NCBI GenBank assembly: GCA_965200615.1
Contig: OZ241377.1
Coordinates: 379,754-443,753, forward strand
Direction of reading: 5' to 3'
DNA from: Caldilineaceae bacterium
GTDB taxonomy: Bacteria; Chloroflexota; Anaerolineae; Caldilineales; Caldilineaceae
Length of the DNA stretch: 64,000 nt
This document shows, one piece after another, positions 31,560 to 41,507 of the stretch. The notes under the pieces are model-generated. The model did no database searches and was not told the DNA's origin. It worked only from the letters and a program-made list of their open reading frames with translations. Numbering within the stretch: the stretch's first letter is position 1; each line of letters opens with the position of its first letter. The translations under genes and the position numbers were made by a program.

Positions 31560-34220
31560 ATGGTAGCCAAGAGGCGTACGAAAAAAAAAGCGACTCCGCA
31601 GAAGCAGCTTTTGGACGGGTTGGCGGCGATCGCCCGCGTGGAGGTTGTCGGCCTCAGTCTCGTGTTGATCTCGGTCTTTACGCTGCTGAGCCTGCTGACC
31701 GGTTCGCGTGGCAGTGTCACAGGGCTGTGGATCGATTTCCTGCGCTACGCCACCGGTGACGGCGTGGCCGGTGTACCCTTGCTGACCGGCTTCCTTGGCT
31801 TGTGGCTGGTTTTGCGCGCCATCGAAGGACCGAAACGGCGAAGGTCCCCGTCGGGAGACGGAAGCGGGGCGGGCAGGGAGTTGCCGATTCTGCCCTGGCG
31901 GGCGCCGAGCGGCCTGCTGCTGATTTTTCTGGCATACATTGCCGCCATCACGCTGATGCTACCTCCGATGACACGGGCGGCGCGCGTCCTTGACGGTGGG
32001 GCGGGCGGCGCGCTCGGTCACTTTTTTGCCAATACACTGGCGGATGGGCTGCCCGGCTGGGGCGGGTGGACGGTGATTCTTCTGGTCGCGCTGTCGGGAC
32101 TGACGCTGCTGACCGGCCGCCGATTGTGGGACGGCCTCTGGGTTGGGGGCGGTACCGTGAGCCAGGAAATCCGGGGCGTGCTGCAAGAGTTGTGGCGGGA
32201 AGAACGACGCAAAGATCTCTTCAGAACCAGGACATTGGCCGGAAGGGAGCGGAACGAGACACACGCTCCCGTTCCTGACTCCACTCCGCTTTCCCCCTTA
32301 CGACAGGCCGGCCGCGCTGCCGAAGATACGCCGTCAATGCAGGCGGAAGAGTTTGACGGTTCTGATGGCCAATTGTCAGGGATAAGCGCCGATCGACATC
32401 TGAAAGACAGAAAAGGGAGAGTTGAACCGGCGTGGGAACTTCCGCAGCTGAGCGATATGTTGGACTTCTGGGACCGGTTGATCGACAGCGACGATCTTAT
32501 TCGCTACCGGGGCCGGCTGCTGGAGGAGACCCTGGCGCTGTTTGGCGTTCCCGCTGATTTTGAAGGGGTCAACGCCGGTCCGACCGTCACCCAATATCTG
32601 ATCCGTCCAGGCTACACCGAGCGCACTGTGCGCGGAGAGACGAAGCGCACCAAGGTCAAGGTCAGCAAGATCGCCAGCCTAAGCAACGATCTGGCGCTTG
32701 CGCTTGCCGCGCGCACGGTGCGGATCGAGGCCCCGATTCCGGGGACAAGCTACGTCGGCATCGAAGTGCCGAATACGGAAAGCAACAATGTCGGTCTGAA
32801 GGAGTTGATGGAGAGCGAGGAGTTCGATACCTTACAGTCCGGGGACCGCCTGCCCATTGCTCTGGGCGAGGACGTGCGGGGCAAGCCGGTGGTCACCGAC
32901 CTGGCGCGGATGCCCCATCTTCTGATTGCCGGCGCCACCGGAACGGGCAAGTCGGTCTGCATCAATTCGATCATCGGCTGCCTGCTTCTGACCCACACGC
33001 CGGAAACGCTGCGCCTGCTGATGATCGATCCGAAGATGGTCGAGCTGACCGTCTACAACGGGACGCCCCATCTTCTCAGCCCGGTGGTGACCGACGTGGA
33101 CCGGGCCTCAGGCGTGCTGTTCTGGTGCATCAAAGAGATGGAGCGGCGCTATCAACTGCTCAACAAGGCGGGCGTACGCGATCTGGAGCGCTTCAACGCC
33201 TATCTGCGTAAACTGGGCGAGGAGATCCTGCCATACGTCGTCGTCATCATTGACGAGATGGCCGATCTGATGATGGCCGCGCCGGAGGAGGTGGAGAAAC
33301 ATGTGATCCGCCTGGCGCAGATGGCGCGCGCGGTGGGCATTCATATGATCATCGCGACCCAGCGGCCCTCGGTCGATGTCATCACCGGCCTGATCAAGGC
33401 CAATTTCCCGGCCCGCATCGCCTTCGCCGTGACCAGCCAGATAGACAGCCGGGTGGTGCTGGATGTGCCGGGCGCAGAGAATCTGCTGGGACGGGGCGAC
33501 ATGCTGTTTATGGCGCCGGATGCGAGCAAGCTGGAGCGGCTGCAAGGCGCGTTTCTGGATGATGCGGAGACCAACCGCATCGTCCGCTACTGGCAGAATT
33601 TCCACAGTTTGGAAACTTACATCCAGGAGCACGAGGGGAAGGGACCGGGGCGAGAAGAGAACGAACAGTTCCCGCTCTTCACGCCTGACTCTCTTTCCTC
33701 ACCCGTTGAAGAGCGAGAAGTGCCGGCAGCGGAGGGTACGCTGCCGCGACGCGAAGGGGAATCTCTCCAACTCCTCGAACAGGAGGACGGGCAGAGCCCC
33801 CTGCATGATCAGACGCGGGACGGTGATGGCCGGGACGGACTATTCGACGAGGCGGTACAGGTTGTGTCGGAGGCTGGCCGGGGCTCGGTGACGATTTTGC
33901 AGCGGAAGCTGCGGGTCGGCTACAACCGTGCCAACCGTCTGGTGGAGCAGCTTGAAGCAGCCGGTATTCTGGGGCCGGACCGGGGCCGGAGCCAGGGACG
34001 GGAGGTCTATCTCAAGACCGCAGGAGAGAGTGACAAGGAGCGCGGAAAGGAACTCCCCGCACCGTTTACCGCTTCTCCACCCCTCGATCATGACAGTGGA
34101 GTCGTCAACGGTGGAACCAGCGGCAATGGATCCGTCGACAGTGGGTCCGTCGAAGGTGGGCAGGCCGAGTTGCCGCCGCCTTCTGAGCAGGACGACGCCC
34201 CGCCCCGGATCTGGATGTAG
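31560..34220 (+). CDS. ftsK: DNA translocase FtsK/SpoIIIE
   Basis: N-terminal TM segments; motor domain HLLIAGATGTGKSVCIN, VVIIDEMADLMM, IIATQRPSVDVITG; C-terminal winged-helix gamma domain (ILQRKLRVGYNRANRLVEQLE). ATG 31560 is preferred over the track start 31422. Confidence 0.9.
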   Translation: MVAKRRTKKKATPQKQLLDGLAAIARVEVVGLSLVLISVFTLLSLLTGSRGSVTGLWIDFLRYATGDGVAGVPLLTGFLGLWLVLRAIEGPKRRRSPSGDGSGAGRELPILPWRAPSGLLLIFLAYIAAITLMLPPMTRAARVLDGGAGGALGHFFANTLADGLPGWGGWTVILLVALSGLTLLTGRRLWDGLWVGGGTVSQEIRGVLQELWREERRKDLFRTRTLAGRERNETHAPVPDSTPLSPLRQAGRAAEDTPSMQAEEFDGSDGQLSGISADRHLKDRKGRVEPAWELPQLSDMLDFWDRLIDSDDLIRYRGRLLEETLALFGVPADFEGVNAGPTVTQYLIRPGYTERTVRGETKRTKVKVSKIASLSNDLALALAARTVRIEAPIPGTSYVGIEVPNTESNNVGLKELMESEEFDTLQSGDRLPIALGEDVRGKPVVTDLARMPHLLIAGATGTGKSVCINSIIGCLLLTHTPETLRLLMIDPKMVELTVYNGTPHLLSPVVTDVDRASGVLFWCIKEMERRYQLLNKAGVRDLERFNAYLRKLGEEILPYVVVIIDEMADLMMAAPEEVEKHVIRLAQMARAVGIHMIIATQRPSVDVITGLIKANFPARIAFAVTSQIDSRVVLDVPGAENLLGRGDMLFMAPDASKLERLQGAFLDDAETNRIVRYWQNFHSLETYIQEHEGKGPGREENEQFPLFTPDSLSSPVEEREVPAAEGTLPRREGESLQLLEQEDGQSPLHDQTRDGDGRDGLFDEAVQVVSEAGRGSVTILQRKLRVGYNRANRLVEQLEAAGILGPDRGRSQGREVYLKTAGESDKERGKELPAPFTASPPLDHDSGVVNGGTSGNGSVDSGSVEGGQAELPPPSEQDDAPPRIWM

Positions 34221-34253
34221 CGTTGCGTTCGATCCACAACAGGAGAACTCCCG

Positions 34254-35150
34254 ATGAGACAGAGCGTGTCCCCCGCGCGCCCCGCGTGGCTGTCTGACGA
34301 GATTTACCCCTTCGAGAGCAGATTCTTCACGACTCCATCCGGCCACGAGATGCACTACATCGACGAAGACGCGGGGGAGCCGATTGTTTTTCTGCATGGC
34401 AATCCCACCTGGTCTTTCGAATTTCAGCATCTGATCCGGGATCTTCGGTCCCAATACCGATGTATCGCGCCCGACCATATCGGTTTCGGCCTGTCGGCGC
34501 GCAGCCAGCGTTCCGCCGACTACCGGCCTGAAGTCCATGCGGATGCGGCCGCGGCTTTGCTCGACCATCTCGACGTGCAGGACGCGACCCTGTACCTGGT
34601 GGATTGGGGTGGGCCTATCGGGTTGGATTTCGCGTGCAAGCATCCGGAACGGGTGAAGCGGCTTGTGATCACGAACACCTGGTGCTGGCCGGTAGGACGC
34701 GATCCGCGCTATGTGATGTTCAGCTTTTTCATGTCGAGCTGGCTGGGCCAGTACCTGATCAAGCGCCACAATTTTTTCGTGAACAGGGTGCTGCCAATGG
34801 CGGTCGCCTCAAAGGAGATTCTGACTCCGGAGGTGATGGCGCATTATCGCAATGCGCAACCGACGCCGGAGGCGCGGTCCGCGTGCGCGGCCTTTCCGAG
34901 GCACATCGTCGGCGCGGGCGACTGGCTGGGGGCGATCTGGGATGATCGGGCTGCGTTCACGGTGAAACCGGCGCTGATCTTCTGGGGCTTTAAGGACATC
35001 GCCTTTCGGGAGAAGGAACTGAACCGGTGGAAGGCGGAGCTGGCGGATTTTGAGGTGCACGAGTTCAGGGATTGCGGACATTTCTTGGCGGAGGAAGCGC
35101 CGGAGCGGATGCTGCCTGCGCTGCACGCCTTCATGGAGCGGACGCGGTAG
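34254..35150 (+). CDS. alpha/beta hydrolase (haloalkane-dehalogenase-like)
   Basis: Motifs VFLHGNPTWSFEFQHLI, APDHIGFGLS, LVDWGGPIGL (nucleophile elbow with Asp), CGHFLAEEAP. Confidence 0.75.
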   Translation: MRQSVSPARPAWLSDEIYPFESRFFTTPSGHEMHYIDEDAGEPIVFLHGNPTWSFEFQHLIRDLRSQYRCIAPDHIGFGLSARSQRSADYRPEVHADAAAALLDHLDVQDATLYLVDWGGPIGLDFACKHPERVKRLVITNTWCWPVGRDPRYVMFSFFMSSWLGQYLIKRHNFFVNRVLPMAVASKEILTPEVMAHYRNAQPTPEARSACAAFPRHIVGAGDWLGAIWDDRAAFTVKPALIFWGFKDIAFREKELNRWKAELADFEVHEFRDCGHFLAEEAPERMLPALHAFMERTR

Positions 35151-35246
35151 AGCAATGATATAATCACGGCGTTAGCGGCCCATTGGGAGCTGCCTTTGCA
35201 GACGGTCGGACACGGCAATGCGACCGTCTTGCGCAAGGGAACTGTC

Positions 35247-36608
35247 ATGGATGAAATCAGATTGAAAGACTACCGCTGCTTCCGGGAAAAGCAGGTGGCC
35301 CGGTTAGCGCCCTTAACTCTTCTGGTGGGAGAGAACAGCACAGGCAAGACCTCCTTCCTGGCCATAATTCGCGCCCTTTGGGAGCTCGCCAACGACTACA
35401 GGATCCCGGACTTCAAAGAAGAGCCGTATGATCTTGGCAGTTTCGACGAGATCGCTCACTTTCGAGGCGGGCGGGGCGGCAGAGCCGAAACCTTCGTTGC
35501 GGGATTCAGTACGACGAGACCGAATTCACAGAAAGGGACAAGTAAGCCTTTATCCAAGAAATTCGACGCAACATTCGGTAAGGATGGCGCAGTTCCGGTC
35601 CCTGTTGGAAGGCGATTTGTCTTTGGCGACACTTGGATTGAGGAACGCTTTGAGGAAAACATCGAGAAAAACCATATCTATGTTCTCAGAGCTGCGACAC
35701 ACAGGGGGAGTTGGGAAAAGAGGGTGAATAGAGGAATACGATACTCTCTTCAAGATCATACGATTCCTCCGCACGTTCACTTTAGCAATTCTTCAATTCT
35801 GGGGAAAAACCAAGCAGGGGACCCGGAGTATGAACCGCTGGAAGGCTCTCCTCCAATTAGCTCTGAAGACAAAGAGATTCTCCGAGAATTTCCCTGGTTT
35901 GATCTTTCGTTATCCGGAGTGCGCCCATTCGCCAGCGCACCGGTGCGTTCCAAGCCGAGTCGCACTTACGACCCATCTCGTTTCACCCGGGACCCCGAAG
36001 GTGACTATGTGCCAATGTATCTGGCAGACGTGTTCACGCGGCGCAATAGAGTGTGGGCTGAGCTCAAGAGACGCTTACAGGAATTTGGCAAGGCCGCGGG
36101 CCTGTTTGATGAAATCTCCATAAAGCGGTTAGGCCAGAGAGATAGCGAACCATTCCAGATTCAGATCAGAAAATCTGGTAACAACCTAAAGGGCCCTTTA
36201 CGCAATCTCATAGACGTCGGATACGGAGTCAGCCAAGCGCTCTTGATGATTACCGAACTGCTGCGACCGGATGCGCCGCCTCTGTTCCTCTTGCAGCAGC
36301 CAGAAGTACACCTTCACCCCAGCGCGCAGGCTGCGCTAGGCAGTCTGTTCTGTCAGATTGCAGGCAAGGAGCGTCAGATTATCGTCGAGACGCACAGTGA
36401 TCACCTGTTAGATCGTGTGCGTATGGATGTCCGCGACGGGAACGGCGCCTTGAATCCCGAAGATGTGTCGATCCTCTTCTTTGAACGGAACGAACTGGAT
36501 GTGCAGATCCATTCATTGGGACTTGACGGAGAGGGCAACGTGCTGAACGCGCCCGACAGCTACCGCCGATTCTTCATGGAAGAAACGACCAGGTCTTTGG
36601 GGTGGTAG
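35247..36608 (+). CDS. ABC/OLD-like AAA ATPase (AAA_15/21-type with DUF3696-like C-terminus)
   Basis: Walker A LLVGENSTGKTS. Motifs ...RPFASAPVRSKPSRTYDP..., IDVGYGVSQALLMITELL, a Walker-B-like LFLLQQPEVHLHPSAQ, and the H-loop IIVETHSDHLLDRV. C-terminal tail ...GNVLNAPDSYRRFF. Codon usage is visibly less GC-biased than the flanks. Confidence 0.75.
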   Translation: MDEIRLKDYRCFREKQVARLAPLTLLVGENSTGKTSFLAIIRALWELANDYRIPDFKEEPYDLGSFDEIAHFRGGRGGRAETFVAGFSTTRPNSQKGTSKPLSKKFDATFGKDGAVPVPVGRRFVFGDTWIEERFEENIEKNHIYVLRAATHRGSWEKRVNRGIRYSLQDHTIPPHVHFSNSSILGKNQAGDPEYEPLEGSPPISSEDKEILREFPWFDLSLSGVRPFASAPVRSKPSRTYDPSRFTRDPEGDYVPMYLADVFTRRNRVWAELKRRLQEFGKAAGLFDEISIKRLGQRDSEPFQIQIRKSGNNLKGPLRNLIDVGYGVSQALLMITELLRPDAPPLFLLQQPEVHLHPSAQAALGSLFCQIAGKERQIIVETHSDHLLDRVRMDVRDGNGALNPEDVSILFFERNELDVQIHSLGLDGEGNVLNAPDSYRRFFMEETTRSLGW

Positions 36609-36611
36609 CAA

Positions 36612-37076
36612 GTGTGCGCGATTGTTGACGTAAACGTTTCCCACGAAGTTTTCGGTTCCAATCGGCCTGAGGCGGGTGAGAGGTTTCTCAGATGGCTCAA
36701 TTCTGGCTCAATGCGCCTTGTGGTCGGGAGAAAGCTTCTTGACGAGCTTAAGAGTGGAAAAGCCCAGGGATGGCTACGACAAGCGATTCTTGCTGGGAAG
36801 GTCCGACAGGAGACAACAAGCGCAGTGGACGAGAGGGAGGAGAAGCTCCTTCAGGAGGAGACCTGCCGCTCCAATGACACACATGTCATCGCGTTAGCTC
36901 AGATCAGCGGCGCGCGCCTTCTGTACTCAAATGACATGGCATTACACAAGGACTTCAGAAATAAGAGTCTGATCGATAAGCCAAGGGGGAAAGTGTATTC
37001 GACAAATAAGCGCAAGGATTTCACGAGCGCCCAAGAAAAACTGCTGAATGATAGAAACCTGTGCCGGAGTCGATGA
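36612..37076 (+). CDS. PIN-like domain protein (putative nuclease), operonic with the ATPase
   Basis: GTG start 3 nt after the ATPase stop. Acidic residues have PIN-like spacing: CAIVDVNV (N-terminus), LLDELKSG, SNDTHVIALAQISGARLLYSNDMALHKDF. 154 aa. Assignment by pattern only. Confidence 0.5.
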   Translation: MCAIVDVNVSHEVFGSNRPEAGERFLRWLNSGSMRLVVGRKLLDELKSGKAQGWLRQAILAGKVRQETTSAVDEREEKLLQEETCRSNDTHVIALAQISGARLLYSNDMALHKDFRNKSLIDKPRGKVYSTNKRKDFTSAQEKLLNDRNLCRSR

Positions 37077-37167
37077 ACCGCCAGTTTCGGGCCGCGCTGA
37101 GTCCGGAGCAACATAGCGTAGCGTGGCATCCTCTCAAAATCACTGACTAAGAACCGAAAACTTTCGG

Positions 37168-37869
37168 ATGGATCGCAAACGGATCGCCGCAACTGTTGTC
37201 GGGCTGGCCATCGCGGCCGGTGTCGGGCTGGCTATTCTCACCTTCACCAGCCGCGTCCCGGACGCCGACAGCCTGCCGGATGAGGCCGCGGCGGGGCTTG
37301 AACAGTTGAAGACAGTTCAGGGACGGCTGCAGCTGGGAAAAGATGACCAGATGCTCGAGTACGAGTTGTGGGTACAGCGGCCGCGGCATCTGCGGGCAGA
37401 GGCGGAACTGGAAGGGCTGGACCGCAAGGCCGTCTTTATTATGACGTTCAACGAGAAAGAGGCGTGGACGTATGACCCGGTGCTGAACCTGGCCACCGTC
37501 ACCGACCGGACCGAAGGCGCGGCGGCGGCAGGTACGCGCTTTGGTACCTCATTTCTGGAGACGATGCCGGATGATGTGATGGCCGCGCTGCAGGCGGGTG
37601 AGCTGCAGATTGTCGGCGAGGAGGCGGTTGCCGGTCGGAATGCGCTGCGCGTGCAGGTGCTGCTGCCGCCTGGGCAGAGTCCACTGGAAGAGGCAGGGGA
37701 GCAGTTGACCGTCTGGCTGGACATGAGTACTTTCTATCCCCTGGCCATCGAAGGGGATACGGGCTTCCACATGCGGTTCGACTTCATCATATTCGATGAA
37801 GAGATCGATCCGCGGACATTTGTCTTTTTCCCTCCACCGGGCGCGGCCGTGCGCCGGATCGGTGAGTAA
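37168..37869 (+). CDS. membrane-anchored LolA-like/DUF4367-like protein (tentative)
   Basis: N-terminal TM segment (IAATVVGLAIAAGVGLAIL). The rest resembles lipoprotein-sorting-fold proteins. Weak assignment. Confidence 0.4.
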   Translation: MDRKRIAATVVGLAIAAGVGLAILTFTSRVPDADSLPDEAAAGLEQLKTVQGRLQLGKDDQMLEYELWVQRPRHLRAEAELEGLDRKAVFIMTFNEKEAWTYDPVLNLATVTDRTEGAAAAGTRFGTSFLETMPDDVMAALQAGELQIVGEEAVAGRNALRVQVLLPPGQSPLEEAGEQLTVWLDMSTFYPLAIEGDTGFHMRFDFIIFDEEIDPRTFVFFPPPGAAVRRIGE

Positions 37870-39160
37870 CGGGCCGCCGCGCGCGTCCGCGCGCGCAGAG
37901 ACGCCGCGGGGGTTTGCCCGCTTCCGCAATATCCTGGCGGCCTGTATCGCCACTCGCCTGGCAATCGATACAACGACACAGCTATTCTTTCCCTACCTGC
38001 AGACGGTCGCTCTGGGGATGAGGATGGATATCGTTGTCCTGGGCCGTCTCGTCAGCCTGCGCAGCCTGGCGGGATTGAGCGCTCCGCTGTTCGGCACGGC
38101 GGCCGACAGCTATGGCTATCGCCGCATTATGCGCCTGTCGCTGCTGTTGACGACGGCGGGCATGTTTCTGCTCGGCAGCGGCGCAGGCATCTGGTCTGTT
38201 GTCGTCGGCATGATCGTTTCAGGAGCAGGGCTGACCGGCTTCCTGCCGACCTGCCAGGCGTACATCAGTGCGCGACTGCCGTTTGCGCAGCGGGCGCGGG
38301 GCATTGGGGTACTGGAGTACGCCTGGGCACTGGCAGGCATTGTCGGTCTGCCGCTGATGGGCTTTCTCTTTGGCCGCTTCAGTTGGCAACTCCCGTTCTT
38401 CGTGCTGGGCGGGGCGATGCTGGCAGGCTGGGTTTTGATTGGATTTTTGCCGGAAGCGACGGCCGGCGTACCGGTTGTGGACCGCGACAGGGCGCGGCGT
38501 CGGGAGGCGGCCCGGAAGAGGCTGAGGAGCCGCTCTTTCACTCCCCTCCTTGTATCCCTCCCCCCTCTGCGTGCGCAGACAGTCGCCGGCCTTTTCGATC
38601 TCGGGCCCAACTGGCGGGCCGCTGTGGCCGTCATCAGCGCCAACGCCCTCTTCTATTTCAGCCAGGTCCACATCCTGATTGCCCACGGCGCCTGGCTGGA
38701 AACCGAGTACGGCCTGGTCCCGGAAACCTTGGGTCTGGTGGCATTTGCGCAGGGCGCCGCGGACCTGTGCGGTAGTGTGCTTGTCTCGCTGATCACCGAC
38801 CGGATCGGCAAGAAGCGGGCCGTGCAGCTCGGCATGCTGGGCTCGCTGCTGGTCTACGTCTCTATGCCGTTGATCAATGTGGGACTGGCGCCGGTCGTTG
38901 CCGCGATGGTGCTGCTGCGCTTCGTGTTCGAGTACGGGATTGTCAGCGCCATCGCCCTGATCAGCGAACAGGCGCCGGACCGGCGGGGCAAGCTCATCTC
39001 GCTCTCGGTGGCGCTCAATCTGCTGGGCTCCACTTTCAGCGGATTTACGGGACCGTGGATGTATACCCGCTTTGGCGTGTGGGGGCTGGGGCCGGTGGCG
39101 GCGGTGGGGACGCTTACGGCGTTTGTGCTGTTGACGGTTTGGGGACGCGAGTCGGCCTGA
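37862..39160 (+). CDS. MFS transporter (paralog A)
   Basis: Multiple TM segments and MFS-like loops (FGTAADSYGYRRIM, SEQAPDRRGK). Start uncertain (GTG 37862 overlaps the upstream stop; the track ORF opens at 37796). Confidence 0.7.
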   Translation: MSNGPPRASARAETPRGFARFRNILAACIATRLAIDTTTQLFFPYLQTVALGMRMDIVVLGRLVSLRSLAGLSAPLFGTAADSYGYRRIMRLSLLLTTAGMFLLGSGAGIWSVVVGMIVSGAGLTGFLPTCQAYISARLPFAQRARGIGVLEYAWALAGIVGLPLMGFLFGRFSWQLPFFVLGGAMLAGWVLIGFLPEATAGVPVVDRDRARRREAARKRLRSRSFTPLLVSLPPLRAQTVAGLFDLGPNWRAAVAVISANALFYFSQVHILIAHGAWLETEYGLVPETLGLVAFAQGAADLCGSVLVSLITDRIGKKRAVQLGMLGSLLVYVSMPLINVGLAPVVAAMVLLRFVFEYGIVSAIALISEQAPDRRGKLISLSVALNLLGSTFSGFTGPWMYTRFGVWGLGPVAAVGTLTAFVLLTVWGRESA

Positions 39161-39455
39161 CGACTCTCAATGCCGTATAAAACAGGGGGCAAACCATGTC
39201 AATTCTCTACCGACCTGAGGACGGAGTAGCGGGTGATTTCATCCCCTTCTTTTGGGAGGGAGACTACCACCTTTTCTACATTAAAGAATATGGGGCTGAA
39301 ACCGGCCATGGCCCGGGCATGCCCTGGTTTCACCTCGTGACGCGCGACTTTGTCAAATTCGAGGATTGGGGTGAGGCGATCACGCATGGAACGCCTGATG
39401 CGCAGGACGTCATAATCGGGACAGGGTCCGTGGTCGCGGGGGACGGTATCTTTTA

Positions 39456-40323
39456 GAGGCTGTTTGAAAAGTAAAGGCTGTCGGCCAAATTGTGGTATAC
39501 GTAGTCTCTGTGAAAACAAAACGATACCCAACAGATTTGACTGACAGCCAGTGGCTTATTATCCAGCATCTGATTCCCGCAGCCAAACCGGGCGGGCGAC
39601 CACGCAGCCTGGATATGCGTCTGGTGGTTGATGCCATTCTCTACCTGACTGTGGGTGGCATCCAGTGGCGGATGCTGCCGAGTGATTTTCCGCCGTGGCA
39701 GAGGGCAGAGTGTTTACACCTACTTCAGGCAGTGGCGGGACGATGGCGCCTGGCGCAGGTTGCATGACACGCTCAGAGTGCGGGTTCGTCATCGAAGCGG
39801 ACGACACAAGCATCCAACGGCTGGCAGTATCGATAGTCAGACAGTCAAGACTGGCCATACACCGGCAGGTGTGCGAGGCTACGATGGCGGTAAACGCATC
39901 ACGGGACGGAAACGGCATCTTCTTGTCGATACGCTGGGACTCACATTGGCCGTCCTGGTCACTGCTGCCGACCTGCCTGACCGCGATGGGGCACGGCAAC
40001 TGCTCAGACGAGGCTGCGGTTTCGGCCAGAAACTGCGTCTTATCTGGGTTGACGGCGCCTATCGCGGCTCTTTGCAGAGATGGGTTGCGCAGCGTTTTCG
40101 CTTCCGCCTTCAACCTGTCCTCCGCCCGCAAGAACAAAAAGGTTTCTCCGTATTGCCCCGTCGTTGGGTGGTGGAGCGCACCTTCGCTTGGCTTGGCCTC
40201 AATCGTCGCCTCTGTAAAGACTATGAACGACTGCCCGAAAGCAGTGTCGCCTTTATCCATATCGCTATGATTCGTCTCATGGTACGCCGCCTGGCACCCA
40301 ATTGACCCTTTTCAAACAGCTTC
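39456..40323 (+). mobile_element. IS5-family insertion sequence (IS427/IS1031-like size), 868 bp
   Basis: Terminal inverted repeats GAGGCTGTTTGAAAAG (39456-) and CTTTTCAAACAGCTTC (-40323), 15/16 matching. Flanked by a direct TTA (39453-39455 and 40324-40326). Encodes a DDE transposase. Confidence 0.85.
39492..40305 (+). pseudogene. IS5-family DDE transposase (DUF4096 N-terminus plus DDE_Tnp_1-like), frame broken by a 7-bp tandem duplication
   Basis: Frame 0: ..[29 protein letters not shown]. Frame 1: [59 protein letters not shown] is repeated at 39697-39703 and 39704-39710. Deleting one copy fuses PPWQ-SVYTYF in frame. Confidence 0.8.
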
Positions 40324-41507
40324 TTACATTTACTTTACGGGTATCAATCGATCCTTCGCCGGAACCGGCAAGGCGGCTCAGGTGGTTATGCGCGCGACCA
40401 GTTCGGACCTGCGTACGTGGCACAAGGACCCGGACTTCAAGTTCTTCCCGCCTACAGAGCTTGGGTATGAACTGGACGACTGGCGCGATCCCTTTGTCTT
40501 CTGGAACGAGGCGAAAGAGGCGTACTGGATGCTGATGACGGCGCGCACGGACCGTGGGCCGGTGCGCAACCGGGGCTGTATCGGCTTGGCCGTCAGCTCC
40601 GACCTGGTGACGTGGGAGGGGCGGCCGCCGCTGTGGGAGCCGGGTGAGGTGTGGGCGCACCCCTGTCCGGACCTGTTCCATCATGGCGAACTGTGGTACC
40701 TGGTCTACTCGGTCTCGAGGGAGTGGATCGCCACCCATTACCGGATGGCGCAGAGCTTGGAAGGACCGTGGACCTCTGCGGCCGACGACATGTTCGACGG
40801 TCTTGCCTACGGCGCCGCCAAGACGGCGGGAGACGGGTCGCGGCGCTATTCCTTTGGCTGGCTGCCGGTGCGCGCGGGCGAGTCGGACGACGGCGAGTGG
40901 TTGTGGGGCGGCAATCTGGTCGTGCACGAAGTTGTGCCGCAGCCGGACGGCTCTTTGAGCGTACGCATGCCTGAGACGGTCGCGCGCGCCTTTGACAAGC
41001 CGGCGGGGATTCTGCCGCAACCGGTGCTCGGCAGTTGGGAGGTCGAGGGGCAGAGCGCCAGGACTTCGGCGGAGGGCCGCTACGCGCTGATGACGCTGGG
41101 GGAGATGCCTGATGAGTGCCTGATCGAGACAACCGTCACGTTCGCTGCTGGGCTGACCAACTGCGGCCTGCTCCTGCGCGCCAGCGATGATCTGGAGTCC
41201 TACTACCAAGTACGTCTGGAGCCGGCCAGGAACAGGGTCGTGCTGGACCGCTGGTCGCCGCAGTTCAGCATCACCACGACGAACCCGCCCTTCATGCTCG
41301 AACGCAGGGTCATCCTGGAGCCGGACAGACCGTTGAAGGTGCAGCTGCTTGTCGACGGCACGGCCCTGGTCATCTATGTCGATGAGCGGGTGGCGCTTTC
41401 CAGCCGCATCTATGACCGGCGCGGGGGCGCGCTGGGCCTCTTCGCGACCGAGGGTGAGGTCCGCTTCGACGGAATCAGAATGGCGACCAGATGATTTGCC
41501 GGGGCGA

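Larger units (their letters stand above)
39196..41494 (+). pseudogene. GH32-like glycoside hydrolase (beta-fructosidase superfamily) split by an IS insertion
   Basis: N-fragment 39196-39455 (YRPEDG..GDYHLFY..GTGSVVAGDGIF). C-fragment from 40324 (YIYFTGINRSFAGTGKAAQVVMRATSSDLRTWHKD..WRDPFVFW..) plus a C-terminal beta-sandwich. Removing 39456-40326 joins them in frame (..DGIFYIYFTG..). The usual EC acid/base motif seems to read HPCPD here. Confidence 0.8.

Noticed and set aside
39690-39730. Programmed -1 ribosomal frameshift between the two transposase ORFs, as in some IS families
   Set aside because: The offset is +1, there is no slippery heptamer, and an exact 7-bp tandem duplication explains the shift.
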